DNA of 64,000 nucleotides from Eledone cirrhosa (Eukaryota): NCBI GenBank assembly GCA_964016885.1, contig OZ024743.1, positions 212,350,001 to 212,414,000 of the forward strand, read 5' to 3'. Shown piece by piece: positions 1 to 10,860 of this stretch (position 1 is its first letter; each line of letters starts with the position of its first letter). The notes under the pieces were generated by a model. It saw only the letters and a program-made list of their open reading frames with translations, ran no database searches and was not told where the DNA came from. The position numbers and the translations under genes were made by a program.

Positions 1-51
1 TGCTTCTATGGATGCTGACACACAAAAGCTGTGCAAGTACTTGTGTAATAT
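1..51 (+). CDS. Partial coding exon of unidentified Cys-rich peptide-precursor-like gene (ASMDADTQKLCKYLCN-I)
   Basis: Open frame from position 2 ending AT|GTATGT (phase-2 donor at 52). Joins in frame to exon 3673-3756. 5' part lies outside the window. Confidence 0.5.
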
Positions 52-245
52 GTATGTATTAAAGAATTAACTCCCTTGGTCTAGCTAAAGAGACAATGTC
101 TTTATAGCAGATTGTATAGTATAAAGTAAATGACACAAAAGCTGTGCAAGTACTTGTGTAATATGTATGTATTAAAGAATTAACTCCCTTGGTTTAGCTA
201 AAGAGACAATGTCTTTATAGCAGATTGTATAGTATAAAGTAAATG
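20..245. repeat. Tandem duplication, 2 x 113 bp (20-132, 133-245)
   Basis: Direct comparison shows one mismatch (GGTCTAGC vs GGTTTAGC). The unit includes the exon end and GTATGT donor. Confidence 0.95.
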
Positions 246-637
246 GACTTTAATATATTACTAGTACTCACTGATTCTTAAATGGTAGATAATATCAAGC
301 AATGTTGATTCTAACAGAATTTGATTACATTACAATGAAGTACTGAATTAACACGAGTCTCCCTCTCTCTTCTTCTTCAATGGTAATCAGTACAACTTCT
401 GTAGAGCCACATATACCAGGAACCTGCTTTCCTGTCACTCCCCAGTGGTCCATCACACTTGAGAAGTTTGGCAAAAATAATGTTGTTGCACTTGACATTA
501 GTAAAGAATTTGTGTCTGGCATAAATAGCAAAGCTATCCATGTATATGTTTAAATTCATTTTACATGTCTTGCATCTGAAGTTTTCTGTTAAATCACACC
601 TTCACAGCATGCACTGACAAAACTCTCATTCACACTC

Positions 638-838
638 TACAAGAATCGGTGGAAAAGTTCATAGGCTGACTATGAAGGAGTGATACTAGAGCGGTGAAAT
701 CTTGCATGCATTAATTTCAACTCTTTTTATTAATAACTGTATTGTTTCTTTCCGGGGACTATGTTGAAAAATAAACTTCATTTGATCATTCCATGAGTGT
801 ATCTTGGTCAGCCTATAAACTTTTCAGCTGACACTCAT
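638..838. mobile_element. Mariner/Tc1-type MITE
   Basis: Imperfect TIRs GAAAAGTTCATAGGCTGAC / GTCAGCCTATAAACTTTTC with TA flanks. The right half recurs at ~26737-26841. Confidence 0.65.
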
Positions 839-2489
839 ATCAACTTTAATGTTTTCCAGGGTTCAGTTACATCCCCTATACTCTTCCTCCTGTGATCAGG
901 AACGTGTAGATGATATCACTCTTCATTCAATTTTAACCTTTCACACATAGGCATAAACCATATGCAGCCTAGACATCTCACACAAAACCTACACAGCGTT
1001 CATGAACATCACAACTTAGTCTCTCTCAACAGCACAAAGAGACTCATTGCTCATATCAAAGAAACAATCTTGTATCTAACCTTCTCTTGCTGGCCATTAA
1101 CCAAAACACTGCTCTGACCTAGGTGTAGAGTCTGTGACCCTCTCACCTTCCCCCTTTTGCTTAATAGTCCTTGCTCTTCACCTCCTTTTCCTCTCATTTA
1201 TAGCATTTATAGTCCTTTCCAATTATGCTTTCTTTTTCTGTATGTTTGGCCAATTTATAGTTATTTCAGCAATGAATTTATTCATCCCAAAACATAAATC
1301 CACGTCCTCTTAAAATGAGCATCTGAACTATATAGAACATAGCAACTCTACTATATCACATCTGTCTCTTCAGGGTTGTTGTTTTTTTTTAATATTAAAT
1401 CAGACTGTTTTTCCTTGATCTTCAATTTATAAAATAACTACTTGTAATATATAGTTGTGAATTCAAATGACTATGTCCATGTTATATAAAACACAATCAA
1501 TTTAAATTGGCATGGGTTTGTTTTTTAACACCTGATGGTTTTCCCTTCTTGAAACAGAATAAAACATCACCATTATGTCAACAGTTGACCTCATCATCAT
1601 CATCATTTAATGTCTGTTTTTCTTGCTAGCAATAGTTGGACAGAACATGACAGACTGAATCAGTACTTTCTTGGATTTACTAATCTCTCAGATGGGCTGG
1701 GGGCTGCATCTCATATATTCCTACACTCTACAGAGTGTACTGGGTGCATTTTACTGTGGCACCAGCAGTAGAGGGGTTGTTGTGCCCTTGATTTAACTGA
1801 AGAGTTCTTTCATGTAGATAAAGAAGATTCAGACCGGTTCATGTCACAGCAGTTCAGTTTTGCTGCAGATACTCTATCCTGCTGTTTGGGCAGAATATGT
1901 AACTCTTTAGTGCCATTTACTAAGCTATTCTGAACAGAAAACAGATTTTCTGGACGCATTCATATCTTCTTAGATAAAGCAATAGCAAACATACCTATCA
2001 TCATTATCGTGTTCCTGCAACTGGTGCAGCTAGTCATTAGGGTGCCACTCGACACTTTCATAGTCAGCCTTTGCCACAGATCCTTATTCTCCATCATGCG
2101 TAGAAGGGTCTCGGTGTTGTGACCAGTCCAGTCTTTGATGTTATTGGACCAAGATTTTCTTTGTTTGCCTCTTCTTCACCCTTCCCTGACTGTGCCCTGA
2201 AGGATGGTTTTACACAAGTGTTTCAGGAGGTTGCTAAACATCTCATACAGCAAGTTAAAAAATATGATGGAAGCTTACCTGGTCATTTATCCCACCACAA
2301 CTCCTTGTCCAAAAATGTCTATATATCTTTCCAAATAGAACATTTTTGTGGGCCTGTCATCTATTGTACCCTTGATAGTTTCTAACCCTTTCCATATTGT
2401 ATTTCTAATGATATACAGTCTTAAGATAGTAACTTGACAAATGGTTTTTATATAAAATCATGATGGAAGTTTTTAATTAAAATAGGAAT

Positions 2490-2687
2490 TCTTTAACTCT
2501 ATATATACTATTGTATTTTCATGGTAAAGGCTTTATCTCACATCATATCAAATCTGAGATTTTGATACTATTTATTTTGAGAACAATACCTTAACATCAG
2601 TATGAGCAGCCAGTTAGGGCTGGTTTGAACAGAAAGAGGTGAGAGAATTCTTGCTGGATATGGCCAGTTTAAATGCTAAAGGGTTAA
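2490..2687. mobile_element. piggyBac-type MITE, partial copy
   Basis: Homologous to 18287-18502; ends TAAATGCTAAAGGG-TTAA. Confidence 0.6.
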
Positions 2688-3014
2688 AATCTGTGGTTTT
2701 GTTTCATAGAACCAGAGCAAGTTTTGGATGGGTTGGTATCAGAAATCTTAACAGATGCCATTGTGTTTTAGTAGCTAAGTGATGCAGTTTCAATTAGAAA
2801 TTAAAACAAGTTCACATATTCAGTTGCTTGACACTTACACTATCAACACCCTTTCAAATTGCTGTTGCAATATTCATGAGGTATTTAAATAACTTTTTCT
2901 AGGGGTTTGTTTCTAATTTACAAATGAGATCAAGCTAGAGATTCATAAGTCACAGTCAGAGTGAATCTAATCTTCAAACAGCCATGTAAAAACAAATTAT
3001 TATTATTATTACCT

Positions 3015-3668
3015 TTATTGGTAGAGTGTTGTATACCATATTTCGCGACATAGAGTTATGACCCTTTACACTCTGAGTTTAAATCCCACAGAGATTAGCT
3101 TTGCCTTTCATCCTTGCGGGGTCAATAAAATAAAGTACCAATAACGTACTAGGGTCAATTTAATCAACTTTCCACTACTTGAAAATTGTTGGCCTTGTGC
3201 CTAAATCAGAAACTATTATTATATTGGCAGTCATTAGAGTATTGGACAAAATCTTTTACAGCCTTTAGCCACGGCCCTTTATGTTCTGAGTCCAAATCCT
3301 GTCATGGTTAGCTTTGCCTTTCATCCTTTCAAAGTCGATAAAATAAAGCACCAGTAATGCACTGAGGTCGATTTAATCGACCCCCCCCCCCCACACACAC
3401 ACACCACAGAAAAAAAAATTGTTGGCCTTGTGCCTAAATCAGAAACTATTATATTTATTACCAGTATCAGTAGAGCGTCAGACATACTTTTTGGCATAGA
3501 TTTACGTCCCTTGACGTTCTGAGTTCAAATCCCAAGTTAGCTTTGTCTTTCATCCTTATGGGGTCTATAAAATAAAGTACCAGTAATGCACAAGGATCAA
3601 TTTATTTGATTTCCCCCTCCTCCAAAATTGTTGGCCTTTTGTCTAAATCAGAAACCATTATTATTATT
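3015..3668 (+). mobile_element. Three head-to-tail copies of abundant tRNA-derived SINE (family S1)
   Basis: Each has B-box-like GAGTTCAAATCC, core TTTGCCTTTCATCCTT..GGGGTCGATAAAATAAAGTACCAG, and 3' GGCCTTGTGCCTAAATCAGAAAC plus (ATT)n tail. Confidence 0.85.
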
Positions 3669-3672
3669 ATAG

Positions 3673-3756
3673 AAACCAATGTCCAGACAGTTGCAGAATG
3701 CAGATTGGTGTCAAGTGGTCACGAAGATCTCTCAGCTCAGCATTTAACCTCAAGAG
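3673..3756 (+). CDS. Internal exon of the unidentified gene (NQCPDSCRMQIGVKWSRRSLSSAFNLK-R)
   Basis: TAG acceptor at 3670-3672, GAG|GTAAGC donor, 84 bp, phase 2-2 consistent with both neighbours. Confidence 0.6.
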
Positions 3757-3880
3757 GTAAGCAGAAACAATGAAATAACCACTCTCTTCCATTTACAATA
3801 TTGTGTCAACCACATCATATTTCTCCTTCATAATAATTATTAATAAATCCTTAAATCAGCTTTCTCTTTTGACATTACAG

Positions 3881-3977
3881 AGGTGTCATGGAAAGCAGAA
3901 GGGAAAAACGAGATCAACAAGTAACAACACAGAAAAGACTTACAATTCAACCAAACGTCATTGATACAATGCAGTAA
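3881..3977 (+). CDS. Terminal coding exon of the unidentified gene (GVMESRREKRDQQVTTQKRLTIQPNVIDTMQ*)
   Basis: Polypyrimidine tract plus TTACAG acceptor, TAA at 3975-3977, AATAAA at 4080-4085. In the alternative phase-1 frame the stop would be at 3924. Confidence 0.55.
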
Positions 3978-5956
3978 AGAGATAGATGAAAACAAAATGT
4001 GAAGTTTATTAGAAACTTGAAATATTTGATCGGAAGGGAAAAATCAAATATTCAAAACCTGTAGACTTCATTTTTTAAAAATAAAATCAATTACTGTATT
4101 AAAATGGTAATCAGAAAAAAAAGTTTTAATGTTTGTATATTAACATCCCAGTAATTTCTTATTTTGCTCTGTAGAATATTAGAAAGTATACAAGCTGGTG
4201 TCAAGGTAAGAAGCTGCACTTGAAACTTAATGCCACCTCATTCAACGCTTTATGATTTTAAGTTCAATTACCACCAAGTTTGATAACTTTTCGTCATATC
4301 AGAGTTGCTGTTGGGTTGCTTACTCTCACACACACTTTATATTTGTGCTTTTGCTTTTTATTAATTTAAAAAAATCCATCCTACATTCCTAATTCCCATG
4401 CTTGAACTGATAGGAATTATTTTGTAAATTAGTAATGTGTTGTTGTTTAGCAGTTCCAGGTTTGTCTTGATCAAGCATACCTATGATGAAAGGCATTTCA
4501 GCCTTGACTATACTGGGTTTTTTTTAAAGAGCATCTAGGATCACATTAGCTGATGTGTCTTTCCCTGTTTAAAGACAGGAAGGTGTAATTTAATAGGGAT
4601 TTGACTGCTAATTTTAGCTAGTCAAGAAATCAGACAAATGAACAAGTAGAGTAATTTGACTTGCCTAGATGTAAAACATAATGACTGTAGCAAAGTTTGA
4701 ACTTTATTGGAAATGTAACCAGTACTCCAGCCCCATAATATCACAGATACTGCATTTTCATAGCAAAAATAAATGTAAAAATGAAATCAGCTTATGATGT
4801 ACAAACTTCAAATAAATGAAATTTGAAGTAATCCCATATCTCATATATATGATGAATGGTGGCAAATTGGAAGTCATTAGCATACAGGATTAAATGCTTT
4901 GTGGTATTGGTTTTAGCTTTCTGCATTCTGTGATCAAATTCCACAAAGATCAACTTTGCCTTTCATACTCTCAGGGTCCATAAATAAAGTACTAGTCCAG
5001 GGGCAGTGGATTGGCAGAATTGAGAGTACTGGATACCTGTTCAGGCACTGTGCATTTTGAGTTCAAATCCCACCTCCTGTCACAAATGGTGACATGATAG
5101 GATTAGGATCTTTATCAATAAAAAGGACTCAAGTGATCATCACTGAAATGCAAACTATGTGCAGGTGTGAGCTGTAACAACAACAACAACAGCAACAAAA
5201 TATGATGAATGATATCGATGTTTGTATTGCTAGCCTTGTGTGTGTGTTAATAACCTGAAATAGGTAATGTTTAAAAGTAAATTTTATTCCTGTCAAGAGG
5301 TGACTTTTGTTTGTTAGACTCAATGGAAAAATAAAATCTACTTCCTCCAACAAAAAATTAAGAGTCCAATCAAATTAATTAATTTCAAGAATATTTAATT
5401 ATTTATTTATCAACTATTATTTTGTTCCAATTTTGATGTTAAAAAAAATTAAATGTGTGTTTGTGAATAGGAGAGAAATTAGAGGTAGGGTAGTCATAAG
5501 AATTTTGTTTATCACTTGTGTGTTGATCCTTTAATAAGGGGTTGTAATGTAAGCTTAATGTCTTGCTGGTTTTATCTCAGATAGTCAAAACTGTACATTT
5601 AACTTTCCTTAGAATCCAGAAGTGATGACATTTTTAACATTTTGGCAGGAAGAAGAAGAAAAATAACAATTTATTTTTTTTTAAAGAAAGGTTTAAAGCA
5701 TGAAGTTGTGTAGCACAGGCATTGATCCATTTTGTGAGAAACATGAAATATATTAAAGCCTTTAGTTCGTCATCTCTAATTGTCTCTCCAATTTCATAAT
5801 AGTATCGGTATACATATGAGGTGTAAAAAATAAAAATTAAAAAATATGATATTTAGATATGATCTTGTGATCCAGTGCTGGAGAACTAAAGATGATTAGA
5901 ATGATGGTATATTTCCAGATAAATTAGAGTCAATTTTGGAAATATTGCAAGCAGTT

Positions 5957-6055
5957 TTACACCTTGAGCTGCTCAACATGAAGTCGTAGATGCTTGAGAT
6001 AATCCAACTGCATACCACCCAGGGCTGTGTCAACTAATTTCTGAGGTAGCATACC
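5957..6055 (-). CDS. STARD3: STARD3/MLN64 last coding exon (GMLPQKLVDTALGGMQLDYLKHLRLHVEQLKV*)
   Basis: TTTCAG acceptor; matches START C-terminal helix (human GRLPRYLIHQSL...HLRQRI); TAA at 5959-5957; minus-strand AATAAA at 5675-5670. Confidence 0.9.
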   Translation of the reverse strand, partial: GMLPQKLVDTALGGMQLDYLKHLRLHVEQLKV

Positions 6056-6155
6056 CTGAAACAGATTGGAAACTAATTAATTAACAAGGAAACCCCCCCC
6101 CGACAAATTTATCAACTGTAACATAAACACACACACACATATATATATATATATA

Positions 6156-8072
6156 AGAGGCGTGCGGTGTTCCACATTGCAAGGCAGTGTGTCAATGCAA
6201 ATCAGGATGTTGTTGGAGATAAATGTGTCCGGGATGATGCCGGTGTACTTAGTGTCACGAATGACCAGAAAAAGGAGGCCTGGAAATGTCATTATGAGAG
6301 ACTGATGAATGTGGAGAACGAATGGGAGAGAGAGAAATTACCCTTGGTAGATCCGACAGAGGGACCAGCTATTGAGATTGACGAATATAGGGTCCAAGAG
6401 GGGATTAGGGAAATGAAAAATGGTAAGGCGGCCGGACCATCGGGAATAGTTGCTGAGATGCTGAAGGCATCAGGGGACGTAGGCACTAAACTGGTTGCAC
6501 GCATCATCAATCAGGCTATATATGGTGGTGTCATACCCAAAGACTGGTGCAGCAGTATTCTCATAAATTGCTACAAAGGTAAAGGGGATGCTTTGGAGAG
6601 GAGCAATTATAGGGGTATAAAACTGATAGATCAGGTTATGAAAGTGGCAGAAAGGATTTTAGCACAACTAATTAGAGAAAGGGTCAAACTAGATGAGATG
6701 CAGTTTGGTTTTGTGCCTGGGAAGAGTACAACAGATGCCCTCTTCTTGGTGAGACAAATGCAAGAGAGGTTCTTAGAGAAGAATAAGCCACTATACTTAG
6801 CCTTTGTTGACCTAGAGAAGGCCTTTGATAGGGTATCCCGATCTGTCATCTGGTGGTCCCTAAGGAAGCTAGGTGTTGAGGAATGGCTTGTGAGGACAGT
6901 GCAAACTTTGTACAGAGGTACTCTCAGTAAAGTCAGGGTAGGAATGGAGTTTAGTGAGGAATTCCAGATACAAGTAAGAGTACATCAGGGTTCGGTCCTC
7001 AGCCCGCTCTTGTTCATTATAGTCCTCCAAGCCATAACAGAGGAGTTTAAGACTGGCTGTCCATGGGAACTTCTCTATGCTGACGATCTGGCTCTTATAG
7101 CAGAATCAGTAGAGGAGCTAGAGAATAAATTCCGGCTATGGAAACAGCAGTTGGAAGCAAGAGGAGTGAGAGTAAATCTAGCTAAGACAAAAGTGTTGAT
7201 GAGTAGAAAAGAGGACAAAACCCTGATTCCGTCAGGGAAATGGCCATGTTCGATATGCAGAAAAGGAACTGGCATAAATTCTATAAAATGCACACAATGC
7301 AGGTCCTGGGTACACAAGAGATGTAGCGGGGTAGCAGGCAAACTAACAGGTAGGGAGAAATATGTATGCAGTAGATGTACAGGGAAATTAGACAGTAGAA
7401 GTCGCACTGATAGACACATTTTTTCAAATGCGAGAGGGCGCTATAGAAGTGGTGGATAGCTTCCGGTACCTAGGAGATCAAATTAGCATGGGAGGAGGGT
7501 GTTCCGAGGCCATAATATCTAGAATAAGGACGGGTTGGAAGAAGTTTAGGGAGCTGCTTCCTCTGTTGATGAAGAAGGGTTTCTCCCTGCGTACGAAAGG
7601 CCGGTTGTATGATGCCTGTGTGAGGAGCGCGATGCTGCATGGTAGTGAGACATGGGCAGCAACCGCAGAGGATATGCGACGGCTGGAGAGAAATGAGGCA
7701 AGCATGCTCCGTTGGATGTGCAGTGTAAATGTGCGTGAACGACCCAGCATAAATGTGTTGAGAGAGAAACTGTGTCTGAGAGGGATAGAATGTAGTGTAC
7801 GGGAGAGGAGACTGAGGTGGTATGGACATGTGATGCGCATGGAGGATGACCGATGGGTGAAGAAGTGCCAAGAAATGCCAGTTGAAGGAAGACGTGGTAG
7901 AGGTAGACCACGAAAAACATGGGCGGAGGTGGTGAGAACAGACCTCAGATCATTGAAGCTCACGGTGGAGATGATGAGGGACCGTGACGAGTGGAGAGAT
8001 GCTGTGCTGAATAAGACCCGTCCCACCCTTGCAAGCAGGGAAAAGCGGACGTAAAATGATGATGATGATGAT
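6156..8072 (+). mobile_element. 5'-truncated RTE-clade LINE, subfamily A (RT + PHD finger, one frameshift near 7428)
   Basis: RT motifs FVDLEKAFD, HQGSVLSP, LLYADD; RLRWYGHV..RGRPRKTW C-terminus; (GAT)n tail; starts right after (TA)n. Confidence 0.95.
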
Positions 8073-8153
8073 AATGATAATGGAAAAATTTGAACAGGAA
8101 CAAAACAGAGAGGCAGTACAACGAATGTTTATTAATTTCACGCTCTGGAGAGT

Positions 8154-8189
<36 letters not shown>

Positions 8190-8344
8190 GTATATAGTTT
8201 ATTGGTGTGTAAATTTAAGTTATTATTGGTTCAACAGTTTGAGCACTCAATGCCTAAGTGGGTCCGGTAGCCGATTTGGTATTGTACATTTAGTATTACA
8301 CTTTAGTCAGTATCCTTAAGAAACACAGTGTTAATAATAATAAT

Positions 8345-8526
8345 AATTGTTTCTACTTTTGGCACAAGGCCAGCAATTATTCAGTACATTACTGGTACTT
8401 TATTTTATCGACCCCGTAAGGATGAAAGGCAAAGTTAACCTCGGCGGGATTTGAACTCAGAATGGAAAGGGCCGTAACTATGCGTCAAAGCATGGCGTCC
8501 GACCCTCTAACGATACTGCCAATCCA
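8345..8526 (-). mobile_element. SINE S1 copy
   Basis: Reverse complement of 22476-22665. Confidence 0.85.
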
Positions 8527-8574
8527 CAATAATAATAAGTAGGAATAAGGTATCAAAATAGCATCAATATATGT

Positions 8575-9543
8575 ATTCACATGCCTAGATGGCTCTATAG
8601 AAATAGTGGACACCTTCCGTTACCTGGGTGACTAGCAGTGGTGGAGGGTGCTCAGAAAGTACAGTAGCCAGAGTCAGAACGGGGTGGAAAAAAGTTCAGA
8701 GAGCTTATACCACTATTGGCCGCTAAAGGTTTCTCTCTAAAAATGAAAGGCAGACTGTATGATGCCTGCATACGAACAGCTATGTTACATGGCAGTGAGA
8801 CATGGGCATTGTGTGCAGAGGATCTGCACAGACTGGAGAGGAATAAAGCTTGCATGCTCCGCTGGATGTGTAATAGTAATATACGTGAACAGCAAAGCAT
8901 AGTGAGAAATTAGGTATAAGAGGGATCAGATGCTGTTTACTCGAGAGAAGACTACGTTGGCATGGTCACGTGATGCGCATGAAAGACAACAGCTGTATAA
9001 AAAAGTGCAGGGCGATCAAATTTGACGGAAGTTACGGAGTAGGCAGACCCAGAAAAACCTGGGACAATTTGATAAATTCTGACCTTATACACTTACACCT
9101 CTCTAAGACAATATCACTGGACTGAGATCTTTGGCACTACACAGTAATACAGAAAACTGCCTTGCCTAACTACAAAGCGAAACCTACAGTCAGTAGGCAC
9201 CTCTTAACCAAATATACCCCTCCCCCTCCCACTATCCCAACTCCCCCACCCCTTTCTCTGTAAAGTTATGTTGGTACCACAACATCCAGTCCTAAATAAA
9301 TGAGGTCAGTAGGTGTCACGACAAAAAAACACAGTCCACGCTGTAATGTGGCCATGTAGGTAACACGGTAAAAACCTCCCAGTCCACACTGTAAACGTGG
9401 TTGGTGTTAGGAAGGGCATCCAGCCGTAGAAAACCTGCCAGACAGTCCCATACGAGCGAGACGACTAATCTTGCCTCAAGTGGGACAATTCCTGCCTAAA
9501 CCCATGCTAGCGTGGAAGATAGACGTTAAACGATGATGATGAT
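8575..9543 (+). mobile_element. RTE LINE 3' fragment, subfamily C, degraded
   Basis: Colinear with 44805-45790 including the 3' UTR and (GAT)n tail. Confidence 0.9.
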
Positions 9544-9669
9544 GTGTGTTTCATGATTGATCAGCTCAATCTAATATCAGGATCGATCATGTCCCACTCT
9601 GAAATTAATAGGACATGGTTTCCTTAACTCCAACTGCTGTGGTCAACTCATGAAGTTTCTTGAAGACAT

Positions 9670-10400
9670 TACCGATGATGGTAACTTAATCAGCAATAGA
9701 GGCGTGTGTTCTGAAAACATAGCAGCTAGAATAAGAACATCATTGTCATCATTTAACGTCTGCTTCTCTGTTAGCAAGGGTTGGTCATCATCATCATTTA
9801 ATGTCTATCTTCCATGCTACCATGGGTATGAAGAAAACTAATATAGATCATCATTCTTATTTAACATCTGCTTTCCCTGCTAGTAAGGGTTGGGCAGGTC
9901 TATATAGATCAAGTCAGTTCCGAAGTGGGGCAACTATGTGGGGAAATTCCAGGGAGCTAATCCCTCTGCTAGCAACAAAGAGATTTTCTTTTCAAGTGAA
10001 AGGGAGATTGTATGACGTTTGTGAACAAAGTGTGATACTGCATGACAACAAAACATGAGCACTGAATGCGGAAGATGTGCAACGACTAGGAAGAAATGAA
10101 TTGAGAATGCTTCATTAGATGTGTAATGTTAATGTTAATGTGTAACGGAGCATCAATGAGCAGAGAGAAAAACTGGGTAGAGGAGGTATCAGATATAGTA
10201 TACACAAGAGAAAACTGTGCTGGTAAGGTAATGTAACATGTGAAGGATAGCAGTTGGGTAAAAATGTACTAAGCAATCTAAATGAAAGTTACTTGTGCAG
10301 AAGAAAGATCTAAGAAGATATGGAAAGAGGTGGTGAAGACTAATGTCAGTAGGCTGAACCTCATAAAGAAGAGGACAAAGGACCTTGACATGCTAACATA
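9670..10400 (+). mobile_element. Old degenerate RTE 3' fragment with nested short minus-strand RTE tails
   Basis: Residual RELIPLLATKRFSFQVKGRLYD and IWKEVVK; CATCATTTAACGTC tail remnants at ~9740-9900. Confidence 0.7.
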
Positions 10401-10533
10401 TATATATAGTCTTTATGCCTTTATGCCAGAACTACGTAAGAGATTTAATTCATATTTTGAAATATACAGGTTATGGATTTATATCTGGTAGTGTCTTCTT
10501 ATAGTCCTATATCTTCCTTTACAATATAGAACT

Positions 10534-10730
10534 GGGTAGATGAACTCCTCAGAGTCAACCATTCACTCCAACTATGGATTAAATAGCCTCACCAACCCAC
10601 AATTGGTCAAGTGTGGTGAGTACAGCTACATCCATGACATGACCAAAAACAAACAGAAAGTGGTGGAGGTCTATCAGGGAGGGGTGGAGTTCCTCCAACA
10701 GGAGTAAGAAGGCCCTGGATTGGATTGGAA
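10534..10730 (+). repeat. ~195 bp interspersed repeat; inverted copy at 21408-21598
   Basis: Manual alignment, roughly 80-85% identical to the reverse complement of 21408-21598. Confidence 0.9.
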
Positions 10731-10752
10731 TACAGAACTAATAAAATCTTAC

Positions 10753-10846
10753 CTTTAAATTTGTATTACAAAGCCAGTAGAATTTACATTTATTAGGCTC
10801 TCCAGTAATTGGTTCAGTTAAGTATCCACCAGCACCATTTTCTCCT
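10753..10846 (-). CDS. STARD3: STARD3 exon (R-GENGAGGYLTEPITGEPNKCKFYWLCNTNLK)
   Basis: TTTCAG acceptor, AAG|GTAAG donor, 94 bp; START motif RGENGxGG...W..NTxLK. Confidence 0.93.
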
Positions 10847-10860
10847 CTGAAAGAACCAGA

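Noticed and set aside
6292-8026. Antisense ORFs over RTE copies (also 11837-12952, 41360-42061, 44402-45127)
   Set aside because: Shadow frames of the RT coding strand.
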